The notes under the pieces: model-generated
Databases searched by the model: none
Seen by the model: only the letters and a program-made list of their open reading frames with translations
What the model was told of the DNA's origin: nothing
Program-made: the position numbers and the translations under genes
Assembly (NCBI GenBank): GCA_964016885.1
Contig: OZ024742.1
Location: 7,192,001-7,256,000, forward strand
Reading direction: 5' to 3'
DNA from: Eledone cirrhosa
Taxonomy: Eukaryota
Length of the DNA: 64,000 nt
Shown here: one piece after another, positions 36,001 through 49,775 of the stretch
How the letters are laid out: each line of letters opens with the position of its first letter
Position numbering within the stretch: the stretch's first letter is position 1

Positions 36001-39000
36001 AATAACAACACAACCAACAACAGCAACAATGACAATAGCAACACAACCAACAATATCAACAATGACAATAACAACACAACCAACAACAGCAATAATGACA
36101 ATAACAACACAACCAACAACAGCAACAATGACAATAACAACACAACCAACAACAGCAACAATGACAATAACAACACAACCAACAATAGCAACAATTATAT
36201 AACAACACAACCAACAACAGCAACAATGACAATAACAACACAACCATCAACGGCAATAATGACAATAACAACACAACCTACAACAGCAACAGTGACAATA
36301 ACAACACAACCAACAACATCAACAATGACAATAACAACACAACCAACAACAGCAACAATGACAATAACAACACAACCAACAACAGCAACAATGACAATAA
36401 CAACACAACCAACACTATCAACAATGACAATAACAACAAAACCAACAACAGCAACAGTGACAATAACAACACAACCAACAACAGCAACAATGACAATAAC
36501 AACACAACCAACAATATCAACAATGACGATAACAACACAACCAACAACAGCAACAATGATAATAACAACACAACCAACAACATCAACAATGACATTAACA
36601 ACACAACCAACAACAGCAACAATGACAATAACAACACAACCAACAACAGCAACAATGACAATAACAACAGAACCAACAATATCAACAATGACAATAACAA
36701 CACAACCAACAACAGCAACAATGACAATAACAACACGACCAACAACAGCAATAATGACAATAACAACACAACCAACAACAGTAACAATGACAATAACAAC
36801 ACGACCAACAACAGCAACAATGACAATAACAACACTACCAACAACAGCAACAATGACAATAACAACACAACCAACAACACCAACAATGACAATAACAACA
36901 CAACCATCAACAGCGACAATGACAATAACAACAAAACCAACAACAGCAACAATGACAATAACAACACTACCAACAACAGCAACAATGACAATAACAACAC
37001 AACCAACAACACCAACAATGACAATAACAACATAACCAACAACAGCAACAATGACAATAACAACAAAACCAACAACAGCAACAATGACAATAACAACACA
37101 ACCAACAACAGCAACAATGACAATAACAACACAACCAACAACAGCAACAATGACAATAACAACACAACCAACAACAGCAACAATGACAATAATAACACGA
37201 CCAACAACAGAAACAATGACAATAACAACACGACCAACAACAGCAACAATGACAATAACAACACAACCAACAACAGCAACAATGACAATAACAACACAAC
37301 CAACAACAGCAACAATGACAATAACAACACGACCAACAACAGCAACAATGACAATAACAACACAACCAACAACAGCAACAATTAAATAACAACACAACCA
37401 ACAACAACAACAATGACAATAACAACACAACCAACAACAGCAACAATGACAATAACAACACAACCAACAACAGCAATAATGACAATAACAACAAAACCAA
37501 CAACAGCAACAATGACAATAACAACACAACCAACAACAGCAATAATGACAATAACAACACAACCAACAACAGCAACAGTGACAATAACAACACAACCAAC
37601 AACAGCAACAATGACAATAACAACACAACCAACAACAGCAATAATGACAATAACAACACGACCAACAACAGCAACAATGACAATAACAACACAACCAACA
37701 ACAGCAATAATGACAATAACAACACAACCAACAACAGCAACAATGACAATAACAACACAACCAACAATATCAACAATGACAATAACAACACAACCAACAA
37801 CAGCAACAATGACAATAACAACAAAACCAACAACAGCAATAATGACAATAACAACACAACCAACAACAGCAACAATGACAATAACAACACAACCAACAAC
37901 AGCAACAATGACAATAACAACACAACCAACAATAGCAACAATTATATAACAACACAACCAACAACAGCAACAATGACAATAACAACACAACCATCAACGG
38001 CAATAATGACAATAACAACACAACCAACAACAGCAACAATGACAATAACAACACAACCAACAACAGCAACAATGACAATAACAACACAACCAACAATAGC
38101 AACAATTAAATAACAACACAACCTACAACAGCAACAGTGACAATAACAACACAACCAACAACATCAACAATGACAATAACAACACAACCAACAACAGCAA
38201 CAATGACAATAACAACACAACCAACAACAGCAACAATGACAATAACAACACAACCAACACTATCAACAATGACAATAACAACAAAACCAACAACAGCAAC
38301 AGTGACAATAACAACACAACCAACAACAGCAACAATGACAATAACAACACAACCAACAATATCAACAATGACGATAACAACACAACCAACAACAGCAACA
38401 ATGATAATAACAACACAACCAACAACATCAACAATGACATTAACAACACAACCAACAACAGCAACAATGACAATAACAACACAACCAACAACAGCAACAA
38501 TGACAATAACAACAGAACCAACAATATCAACAATGACAATAACAACACAACCAACAACAGCAACAATGACAATAACAACACGACCAACAACAGCAATAAT
38601 GACAATAACAACACAACCAACAACAGTAACAATGACAATAACAACACGACCAACAACAGCAACAATGACAATAACAACACTACCAACAACAGCAACAATG
38701 ACAATAACAACACAACCAACAACACCAACAATGACAATAACAACACAACCATCAACAGCGACAATGACAATAACAACAAAACCAACAACAGCAACAATGA
38801 CAATAACAACACTACCAACAACAGCAACAATGACAATAACAACACAACCAACAACACCAACAATGACAATAACAACATAACCAACAACAGCAACAATGAC
38901 AATAACAACAAAACCAACAACAGCAACAATGACAATAACAACACAACCAACAACAGCAACAATGACAATAACAACACAACCAACAACAGCAACAATGACA

Positions 39001-39830
39001 ATAACAACACAACCAACAACAGCAACAATGACAATAATAACACGACCAACAACAGCAACAATGACAATAACAACACGACCAACAACAGCAACAATTGAAT
39101 AACAACACAACCAACAACAACAACAATGACAATAACAACACAACCAACAACAGCAACAATGACAATAACAACACAACCAACAACAGCAATAATGACAATA
39201 ACAACAAAACCAACAACAGCAACAATGACAATAACAACACAACCAACAACAGCAATAATGACAATAACAACACAACCAACAACAGCAACAGTGACAATAA
39301 CAACACAACCAACAACAGCAACAATGACAATAACAACACAACCAACAACAGCAATAATGACAATAACAACACGACCAACAACAGCAACAATGACAATAAC
39401 AACACAACCAACAACAGCAATAATGACAATAAGAACACAACCAACAACAGCAACAATGACAATAACAACACAACCAACAATATCAACAATGACAATAACA
39501 ACACAACCAACAACAGCAACAATGACAATAACAACAAAACCAACAACAGCAATAATTACAATAAAAACACGACCAACAACAGCAACAATGACAATAACAA
39601 CAAAACCAACAACGGCAATAATGACAAGAAAAACACGACCAACAACAGCAATAATGACAATAAAACACGACCAACAACAGCAATAATGACAATAACAACA
39701 CAACCAACAACAGTAACAATGACAATAACAACACAACCAACAACAGCAATAATGACAATAACAACACAACCAACAACAGCAACAATGACATTAACAACAC
39801 AACCAACAACAGCAATAATAACAACACCAA
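1..39830 (+). repeat. 33-bp tandem array (consensus ATGACAATAACAACACAACCAACAACAGCAACA), ~1,200 units, continues beyond window start
   Basis: Directly visible 33-nt period. Recurrent variant units include -1 units (attaaataac, attgaataac, ataaaacaaaacc, ccaaactatcaac), a 27-bp unit and CAA>TAA units. Terminal units at ~39540-39830 are more diverged. Confidence 0.99.
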
Positions 39831-41374
39831 CAAAGGAAAAAAGCAAGCCAACACGAATAACAACAACAATGATAACAACACGAAAGAAAACGGACCCACA
39901 GCTGCAGTTTCCTTCGCACAAGCGGTCCGAGAAACGCAGGCATACAAGGCACTGGACATCTCGAATGCCAATAAACTCCTGAAAGAATCAAGAAATTGTG
40001 TAACTTTCGGGGAAGGTGGGGAATCTACAATTACCCCCTCCCCCCGAATAAATTAGAAGGGATACAGTCCTCAGGACTGTAATCTTTAGGACAGTTTCGA
40101 ACACGACTAGGAAAACGGCTCAATTGTCCCAGATCGAAATTGGGTTGGTCCTAAGTATTGCATGGAAGGATATCGCTTTCATACAGAAAGGCAAACTGTA
40201 TGGAAGCATATCTGTTTTAATGCAAGATGAATTGGCGCCACGAAAATATTCTGTGTCGCCAATTGTATCCATAGCATACACCTTTTTCCCCACATAGTTG
40301 TGGAAAAGAACTCAAAAGATAAGAATCTCGGGCATCAGGCCAAATGCGAGCATTTGGTGGGTGCTAACGGGATTCTTAGAAGATGACGACACAATCCCTT
40401 CGATAGGCGAATCCACCGGGGGCGTATTCGGCGGCAATAGCCTTGAAGTTGTGGTCCAAATGAGAACAGAACGGATAGCAAGAATACCGCAGCGTGTGTC
40501 CCTGGATGGAGTCGCCTTCATAAACATTCTGTTGAGGGCAGGCGGCCTTCATGCTACCATTGTTATAGAAGTGGTCACCTGAGGGCTTCTTGTCCCCTTT
40601 TAAATGCCCTCCCAAAAGACGCTTCTTCCCACCCCACACAAACAACACAACCACCACCACCACAACAACAACAACAACAACCACAACAACACAAGACACT
40701 GTCCCACCCAACCCCTCCACACCTAAAACAAATACAAAAGAAATCACAACAAAACCCCAAAATATACCCCTCCCCAACAACACGGACGAAGACCCCTTAT
40801 CAACGTCACCCTGTGACGACGAGGGAGAATCCTTTCAACCTGTAAAAAGAAAGAAAAGAAGGCACCACATTAACACACAACTACCAGCACAAACAGAACA
40901 AACATCACAAACAAAAAAAACAACAACCCTCCCGAAAACATAACACATACTACAAAACGCAAACACACACAAGAACAACAAACAAAAACAAACACAACAC
41001 AACAAAAACAGTATACATACATCAACACAAACAACAAAACACTTGTGCAAACAATAGACAAAGACCCTTCGGTGGAAACCGAAGAGAAAATGTTCACCAG
41101 CGCGGCGACTAAACCGCATTTAAAAATGATTAGGGTCTTAAGGGACACCTACGCAATGCTCAAACAGAACTTTCCCGAGGACGTGGGGAACTCCTGTACT
41201 AGACCTAGCAACCGCGTCCTCTTGAAATGTCAACGACACCCCTCCCCCACCAAACACCCCCACCCACCACACACTGATGTCGCCACCGCATCCCAAACCA
41301 CCACCCCACCAAATAACCCCGCCGACACTCCCATGGAAATTGTGCAGCCTGGTCCCCAGGAGAAGGACAGGTAG
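39830..41374 (+). pseudogene. ORF1 (gag-like nucleic-acid-binding protein) remnant
   Basis: Read through stops: IRRDTVLRTVIFR...FFPT*LWKRTQKIRISGIRPN (RRM-like). After a frameshift comes EGRRPSCYHCYRSGHLRASCP (CX2CX4HX4C at 40552-40593), then a Thr/Pro-rich tail ending at TAG 41372-41374. Confidence 0.8.
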
Positions 41375-41417
41375 GTGTCTTTTCCTTTTTCTCCACTCTA
41401 AGCTCTTCACCACCAAG

Positions 41418-44400
41418 ATGGCTGTTATAAGAGTTGGATGTTTAAATGTGCGCAGCCTGGGGATATCCTGGAAACAGGGCAAACTCTTAAATGACCTCAG
41501 GTCGCACAGAATGAATGTGATAGCTATTTGCGAGTTCAGGATCAGCAGCGAGCACCAACTGGCCCCCATCTTCGACGACTTTGAGATCTATGCATCTCTC
41601 TGTCAGCCGGTGGGTGGGGGCGGGGTGGTCGTTCTACTGCGAAACACTTGGGCCTCGCAACACGGAAGGTACACCTGGACCCACAGAGTCGACTGGTGAT
41701 TCTAGACGTAGGCAGTAGTGAAGGTGGAGCGTTCAGGCTGGTGGCAGCGTATGCCCCATCTGGGACATCACGACCGGACTTCTTCCAACGCCTAGAGACT
41801 TTTCTCGGAACGTCTCGATCCTTGTTTTAGTGGGGGACTGGAATGGTATCCTGGATGCACGTTGGGACTATGTAGGGGCATGTCCCGATAGAGGGGGGTG
41901 TAACAGCCTTAAACGGTTAATCGGCCGATTTGATCTGGCCGATAGATATCGACTAGATTTTCCGACTGTGCCACTGTGGACGTGGACTAATATTAGCGGA
42001 ACATTAGGTCGTACCTAGATAGGTTCCTAGTTAGAAATAAGGATAGGGTTATATTAAGCTGTCCACGAATGTTCATAGTTGACTATTCGGATCACAAGTT
42101 GGTGACCGGAGTGGTCAACCTTGATAGAACCCATAGACAAGGACCCGTTTACTGGAAGCTAAACTTGTCCTTACCGACAAACAAAGCTTACAGTAAGCGG
42201 ATTAGCACTCTAGTTAAGCAGCGGTTGACGGCGGAAATTGTCAACAGTGGGGCTCTCTCAAGAGAGAAATTAGAATAGAATCGATAGGTTTTAGTCAGGA
42301 ATTAGCATCAGATAGGAATAGAATTGAAAGGGAATTGATAGATAGAGTAGAAGAGGCGATTAGGAGGGGCGACGTGGCCGGCGTGCTGGCGTCAAGAACG
42401 GCTCTAGACCAGTTCTTTGGCGCGAAGCAGGAGGACTGTGTTGTCAGGAGTAAACTACGTGCTCTGGGTAACGAGGGAGCCAACGCTGTTAGCTGGGCCC
42501 GAGTGACAGAGGCAAAAAGTGGAAACAAGTCCACGATTCGGTCTTTGAAGGACCAGGATGGACGCGTGATCCTTGAACCTGAGCGGATGTGCGCGGCCTT
42601 TCAACGGTGCTTTGCACGACTGTTCGGGAGGGGTGGGGGCGTGCCATGTGAGGCCATGGATTTCTGTCCATACCTCACCGGTCTTCCGCGGCTCTCTGAC
42701 GGGGAGGCCAAGTCATGCGAAAGGCCGATTTCAGCCGCTGAATTAGGGGAAGCGCTGAGCCAATGCGGCAAACGCAAATCTCCGGGTCGCGATGGTCTAC
42801 CATACGAACTTTATGTAGCGATGCCGGACTTGTTCACCGATCTCCTCCAGGCGGTCTACTGCAACTGGCAACAGAACGGGAGAATTTCCAGTTCTGTGAC
42901 CAAGGGCATAGTCACGCTGGTCAGGAAGGACGAGAACAAGGGGGATGACATAGATAACTTCAGGCCCATAAATCTGCTAAACACAGAGTTAAAGATTTTG
43001 GCCAAGGTGTTAGCGAAGAGGTTGGCGCTTATCGTAGGGAACCTGGTGCGAGAAGCGCCGACGTGCGCAATCCCGACCAGGTCCATACACGACAGCCCCC
43101 ACCTCATGCGATACATCGTAGAGAGGGTAGGGAATGAACCCGGCTTTGGTGGGGCCCTGATCAACTTGGATCAATCTAAGGTGTTCGATAGGGTCGACCA
43201 TCGGTACTTGGATGCGGTGCTCGCGGTGGCAGGCTTCCGACCCGTTTTCAGGGGCTGGATTGCTGCAATGCACAGCAGCAACACCTGCTCGAGTGTCAAG
43301 GTGAACGGCTACCTCTCGAAGCCGTTCCAAATCGCGCGATCCATCCTACAGGGATGCCCTCTCTCCTCCCTTCTGTATGTGCTGGCTGTCGAACCACTAC
43401 TGCGGAAGTTGGAGTTGTTGCAGGGAATCCCCTTGGAACCGGAATTGCGGAAAGTGGTGTCGGCCTACGCCGACGACGTCACAGTAATGGTGTCGAGCGC
43501 CTCGGAAATCGGGCAGATCGGCACCTTACTGGAGGAATACGAAAGGTTTACAGGAGCCAAGGTGAACCGGAACAAGTCCGTCGGTTTGGAACTCGGAACG
43601 TGGAGAGACAAATCGATGCCCTCCCACGGCGTCGTCGGACGCTGGACGGAAGGACCGGTGAAGCTGTTCTGGATCTGGTTCGGAGCGGACCACCAGGTGG
43701 AGAAAAGCTGGGACGAGGTAACGGGCAGGGTATTTGCTCTCGCCCAGAAGTGGGCCTAGTGCAAACTATCCCTGAAAGGTCGAGCGGAAGTGGCGAACCC
43801 CTATATAGCGTCCGTCATCTACTACCGCCTGACCGTCGTGTCTTGCCCAGCGAGAACGCCCGCCAAAATGGAGCGCGCGCTCTTCCGATTCCTTTGGAAG
43901 AAGCGGGCCCCTTTGGTGAGAAGATTCATCTGCTGTCAACACCCTTCGAACGGAGGGCTGGGCATGCCGTGGCTGACGATGCGTAGACACGCATTAAGGC
44001 TACGGCACCTCCAGGTACTCCTCACCGGTCAGACGGTGTGGGCCCCTCCTGTTGTGAGGCGAGCCTTTCCGGGACTCGTATCACTCACCGAGCTGCAATC
44101 CTGGGTCAAGCAAAGACCGAGAACAGTGGGCGACTGGCACATTGAATGTGCCCAGGCGCTCACGGCCCTCTGGTAAGCGGATCCGGCAATCAGTGGAGAC
44201 TCAACCTCAACATTCTATAGAGGGTTGGTGCGCAGCATGTGCGACGACGTTCTCGGAGAGGCTCTGGGCATGGAGGAAGACACGAGCTAGCCCGTCTGTT
44301 CGGTAGGACGTTTGTCCCGGGATCGATGGACAACTTCCAAAAGTCCCTGGCTTGGCAGTGCTACCGAGGAGCTCTACCCGTTCGGGCAAGCACTACAGAC

Positions 44401-44850
44401 ACGGGCGCCCGAGTAGGGACCCCGTGAAGAAGATCTGTCCGAGATGCGTGCGTGACGAGGAAACCGTCGCACACGCATTCGTTCACTGCCCGGGCGTTGC
44501 TGAACTGTGGGGCTATGTGGAACGACTACTGTCGCGGGTGGGACCAATCCGGTTGAACACCGAGTACATTGTCATGATCAAACCGCCTCCCCCTTTCAAA
44601 AACGAAGGAGAGGCGGTTTTCCTCTGTGTGATAGTTATGGCGAAAGATGTTGTATGGTGGACGCGGTTGAAAGGACTGAGGTCAGACACTTTTCTCTCCG
44701 GCCAACAACTGGTCCTTTTTCAAGTACCACTTTAGAATAAGGATCAGAATGGAGAGAGAGGTGCTCTACCCCAGCAAGTTTTATGAAAGGTGGGTGAAAG
44801 TGGGGAGAATGGCCCGAGTGAATGGGCCTTCTCTCTATATCAGCCTGTAG
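41418..44850 (+). pseudogene. ORF2: APE endonuclease, reverse transcriptase and C-terminal zinc finger, with frameshifts and stops
   Basis: APE region: MAVIRVGCLNVRSL, GDWN, YSDHKLV, YWKLN. RT region: KSPGRDGLPYELY, NFRPINLLNTELKILAK, DQSKVFDRVDH, QGCPLSSLLY, AYADDV. C-terminus: GGLGMP and CPRC...ETVAHAFVHCP. Split over many ORF-track pieces, the longest 42335-43759. Confidence 0.95.
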
Positions 44851-45111
44851 GTGAGAGAGGAGAAGATGGAGGAGAGGAAGGGAGCACCCGCTCTTTGTGC
44901 TCCTGAGGAAGAGGGTTGCACATTTTTTTCGGGGGTGTGCGCGACCTACGTCAACGCCCCCTCCCTATTGAGGACTTCGATTGTTGAATTTTATTTGTTA
45001 TATGTTTTTCCACGTCCTTTGAAATGTATGTAAACCCCCCCCCCCCCTTGTATTTGTCCCAATCTTTGATGCCCTGGTAGCAAATAAATAGAAAGTTATA
45101 TATCTATCTAT

Positions 45112-45371
45112 CTCTCTGTATCAGCCTGTAGGTTGAGGAAAAAGAGGAAGAGAGGAAAGGGGTAATCACTCTTCGTACTCCTGGAAATGAGGGTTGCACA
45201 TTTTTTTTCGGGGGTATGTGTTACCTATATGTAATGTCTCCCCATATTGGGGAATATCGACTAATTTTTAAATTGCATTTGTGATAGTATTTTAAACGTT
45301 GTTATTGTATGTAAACTTCCCTCTTTGTATTTGTCCCCTTCTTTTGTGCCACTGTGGCTAATAAAGAAACA
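45112..45371 (+). mobile_element. Second, diverged, 5'-truncated 3' end of the same Tx1-like family
   Basis: ctctctgtatcagcctgtagg...gagggttgcacattttttttcggggg...ttgtatttgtccc...aataaa parallels 44831-45090 and is followed by (TATC)n. Confidence 0.88.
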
Positions 45372-45632
<261 letters not shown>

Positions 45633-45637
45633 TTTTT

Positions 45638-46402
45638 TTTTCAACCATTTATATTTTATATATTTTTATATTTGTATAACTGTTTGACCCGAATTAGGCG
45701 GTCGATTTTTCGGTGTGCGGATGATTAGTTTAACCACCATCTCAGTGTGTTTGGCCTTTAACGTAAGTTGTAAGCTCTAATTCATATGAATTATCGAGCG
45801 CTTGCCACACAACTCGGAAGTGGTTTTCGTTAATTCCTGAGCTGAAATTCGATTCTCGCTAATTTTTACTTGTATTAATCTCCAGAGTCCAGCTATTGGC
45901 CAGTTAATTTTATCGATTGTTTTTGGTTTATTCTATTGTCTGTTGAGTAGCTTTGTTATATTTAACCACTCTGTCGAGAGCTTTATTCGATTTGTGTTAT
46001 TTTGCATTTTCGCAATATTATACACAATTGAATTCATTCGCCTAATATAGGTGTTGCCTCCCATGCTGAACCCCACGTGGGGTCAGTTACAGACATATTT
46101 ATGTGGACTTTCGAACTGAATCCCGTTGACAACGCGTACTCCCAGTTCGGTCATGATAGCAGAAACCTAACATCCTTTATGTAAGTGGACAGTAAATGAC
46201 TTATGGAGCCGCAGAAACCCAAATACTGGATTTTACCATCTCTCCAGTGGTCCGGGTAAATTTTCAACCATTCATATTTTATATATTTTTATATTTGTAT
46301 ATCTGCTTGACCCGAATTAGGCGGTCGATTTTTAGGTGTGCGGATGATTAGTTTAACCACCATCTCAGTGTGTTTGGCCTTTAACGTAAGTTGTAAGCTC
46401 TA
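45638..46402 (+). mobile_element. Non-coding hammerhead element, 623-bp monomer plus ~142-bp terminal direct repeat (Penelope pLTR/retrozyme-like)
   Basis: 45638-45779 is repeated at 46261-46402. A hammerhead lies immediately before the second copy, and (TA)n lies to the left. Confidence 0.75.
46122..46256 (+). ncRNA. Type I hammerhead ribozyme, UUGACAA core
   Basis: Stem I cccg/cggg. TTGACAA at 46126-46132. Long stem II closed by gcg..ctcc/ggag..cgc. GAAAC at 46214-46218. Stem III cca..ctgga/tccag.tgg. GTC at 46250-46252. Confidence 0.7.
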
Positions 46403-48745
46403 TATTTCTGTTTACTTACAGTAGTAATAATCCCTTATATTTCTGTTTCCTTACAGTAGTAATAATCCCTTATATTTCTGTTCACTTACAGTAGTAATGA
46501 TCCCTTATATTTCTGTTTACTTACAGTAGTAATAATCCCATATATTTCTGTTCAACTACAGTAGTAATAATCCCTTATATTTCTGTTTACTTACAGCAGT
46601 AATAATCCCTTATATTTCTGTTTCCTTACAGTAGTAATAATCCCTTATATTTCTGTTCACTTACAGAAGTAATAATCCCTTATATTTCTGTTCAACTGCA
46701 GTAGTAATAATCCCTTTTATTTCTGTTCACTTACAATAGTAATAATACCTTATATTGCTGTTCACTTACAGTAGTAATAATCCCTTATATTTTTGTTCAC
46801 TTAGAGTAGTAATAATCCCTTATATTTCTGTTCACTTACAGTAGTAATAATCCCTTCTATTCTGTTCACTTACAGTAGTAATAATCCCTTATATTTCTGT
46901 TCACTTACAGTAGTAATAATCCCTTTTATTTCTGTTCACTTACAGTAGTAATAATCCCTTCTATTTCTGTTCACTTACAGTAGTAATAATCCCTTATATT
47001 TCTGTTCACTTACAGAAGTAATAATCCCTTATATTTCTGTTCACTTACAGAAGTAATAATCCCTTATATTTCTGTTCACTTACAGTAGTAATAATCCCTT
47101 TTATTTCTGTTCACTTACAGAAGTAATAATCCCTTATATTTCTGTTCACTTACAGTAGTAATAATCACTTATATTTCTGTTCACTTACAGAAGTAATAAT
47201 CCCTTATATTTCTGTTCACTTACAGTAGTAATAATCCTTATATTTCTGTTCAACTACAGTAGTAATAATCCCTTATATTTCTGTTTACTTACAGTAGTAA
47301 TAATCCATTATATTTCTGTTTCCTTACAGTAGTAATAATCCCTTATATTTCTGTTCACTTACAGAAGTAATAATCCCTTATATTTTTGTTTACTTACAGT
47401 AGTAATAATCCCTTATATTTCTGTTCACTTACAGTAGTAATAATCCCTTATATTTCTGTTCACTTACAGAAGTAATAATCCCTTATATTTCTGTTAACTT
47501 ACAGTAGTAATAATCTCTTATATTTCTGTTCACTTACAGTAGTAATAATCCCTTATATTTCTGTTTACTTACAGCAGTAATAATCCCTTATATTTCTGTT
47601 CACTTACAGAAGTAATAATCCCTTATATTTCTGTTAACTTACAGTAGTAATAATCCCTTATATTTCTGTTCACTTACAGTAGTAATAATCCCTTATATTT
47701 CTGTTCACTTACAGAAGTAATAATCCCTTATATTTCTGTTAACTTACAGTAGTAATAATCTCTTATATTTCTGTTCACTTACAGTAGTAATAATCCCTTA
47801 TATTTCTGTTCACTTACAGTAGTAATAATCCCTTATATTTCTGTTCACTTACAGTAGTAATAATCCCTTATATTTCTGTTCACTTACAGAAGTAATAATC
47901 CCTTATATTTCTGTTAACTTACAGTAGTAATAATCTCTTATATTTCTGTTCATTTACAGTAGTAATAATCCCTTCTATTTCTGTTCACTTACAGTAGTAA
48001 TAATCCCTTCTATTTCTGTTCACTTACAGTGGTAATAATCCCTATATTTCTGTTCATTTACAGTAGTAATAATCCCTTATATTTCTGTTCACTTACAGTA
48101 GTAATAATCCCTTATATTTCTGTTCAACTGCAGTAGTAATAATCCCTTTTATTTCTGTTCACTTACAATAGTAATAATCCCTTATATTGCTGTTCACTTA
48201 CAGTAGTAATAATCCCTTATATTTCTGTTCTCTTACAGTAGTAATAATCCTTATATTTCTGTTCACTTACAGAAGTAATAATCCCTTATATTTCTCTTCA
48301 CATACAGTAGTAATAATCCCCTATATTTCTGTTCAGTTACAATAGTAATAATCCCTTATATTTCTGTTCACTTACAATAGTAATAATCCCTTATATTTCT
48401 GTTCACTTACAGTAGTAATAATCCCTTATATTTCTGTTCACTTACAGTAGTAATAATCCCTTATATTTCTGTTCACTTACAGTAGTAATAATCCCTTATA
48501 TTTCTGTTCACTTACAGTAGTAATAATCCCTTATATTTCTGTTCACTTACAGTAGTAATAATCCCTTATATTTCTGTTCACTTACAGTAGTAATAATCCC
48601 TTATATTTCTGTTCACTTACAGTAGTAATAATCCCTTATATTTCTGTTCACTTACAGAAGTAATAATCCCTTATATTTCTGTTCACTTACAGTAGTAATA
48701 ATCGCTTCTATTTATGTTCTCCTACTGTAGTAATAATTAGTTTAT
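46401..48745. repeat. 35-bp tandem repeat (TTATATTTCTGTTCACTTACAGTAGTAATAATCCC), ~67 copies
   Basis: 35-nt period, e.g. atccc at 48421 and 48456. No spacers between units. Confidence 0.98.
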
Positions 48746-48929
48746 ATTTCTTAACTATAAATTAGGATTTAATTATTTCGGGTTAAATGGTTACCTTTGA
48801 TTTGATGTTAAAAACACATGCAATGATTAACATGGAAATACTTGTCGCTGATTAATAAATATAATTTCAAACATATATTTAATATTTGTGAGATAACATG
48901 TTCGTAATGTTTCTAATGCCAAGTAATTA

Positions 48930-49196
48930 CTCACACACTCACACACACTTACACACTGACACACACACAGTCACGAATACACACACACTTACACACTGAA
49001 CACACACACACTTAAACACATGAAAACGCACACAGTCACAAACACACGCACCCTTACACACATGAACACACCCGCACATACACACAGGCAGTCACAGACA
49101 TACGGACACACAAACCCTCACACACACACACACGAACACACCCGCACATACACAGAGGCACAGGAATAGAAATACACACACACTCACATACACACA
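48930..49196. repeat. Degenerate (CA)n-rich tract
   Basis: Direct reading. Confidence 0.85.
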
Positions 49197-49198
49197 TA

Positions 49199-49775
49199 TC
49201 ATCATCATCCTCATCATCGTTTAACGTCCATCTTCCACGCTAGCATGGATTAGACGGTTTTGTTCCATCTGATGCGGGAATGGCCGGGAGACCGTTTCTC
49301 GCTCGTACAGAAGTGTCTCTAGCAGGTTTTTTACAGCTGGATGCCCTTCCTAACAGCAACCACATTTATAGTGTGGACTGGGAGCCTTTTTACCGTGTCT
49401 CCTACACGACCACCTTACAACAGTGTGGATTGTTGTGTGGACACAGTAGACGGAAATGGGATGATGGGGTAGGGTGTGTGGGGTGGAGTGTATATTGGAT
49501 TAAGGGGTGCCTACTGACTTTAGGTCTGTATGCAATGGTAGTTGGGTCTTCCGTAAAACTGCATGGCGCCAATGATCTTGATCCAGTGACATTGTCTTAG
49601 AGATGTGTAAGTCAGCAAGGTCGGATTTTATCACCTCGTCCCATGTTTTTCTTGGTCTACCCACTCCGTAGCTTCCATCAATTTTCATTGGTCTGCACTT
49701 GTTTATACGGCTGACGTCCTTCATATGTATAACATGGCCATACCAACGCAATCTCCTATCCAGAACACAACATTT
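49199..49775 (-). mobile_element. RTE-clade LINE 3' fragment with (GAT)n tail
   Basis: Minus strand reads RRLRWYGHVIHM...GRPRKTWDEVIKSDL...DQDHWR, typical of the RTE ORF C-terminus. (ATC)n at 49199-49219 on the plus strand is the tail. May be two abutting pieces. Confidence 0.8.

Larger units (their letters stand above)
39830..45111 (+). mobile_element. Tx1/L1-group non-LTR retrotransposon, near full length but decayed
   Basis: ORF1 remnant with zinc knuckle, then ORF2 with APE, RT and C-terminal zinc-finger motifs, a 3' UTR with AATAAA at 45083-45088 and a short TATC tail. The 5' boundary merges with the array. Confidence 0.92.

Noticed and set aside
1-39830. Giant mucin-like Thr-rich gene (MTITTQPTTAT repeats), or poly-Leu/Val/Cys/Asn proteins in other frames
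   Set aside because: Frameshifting -1 units and TAA units recur every 0.2-1.6 kb and were amplified with the array. The long ORFs arise because the unit lacks stops in most frames. No signal peptide or mucin domain is visible in the window.
42335-43759. Intact active reverse transcriptase gene
   Set aside because: It is only a fragment of ORF2. The flanking APE and C-terminal parts are broken by stops and frameshifts.
46401-48745. CRISPR array (35-bp repeat)
   Set aside because: Units are head-to-tail with no unique spacers, there are no cas genes, and the context is eukaryotic.
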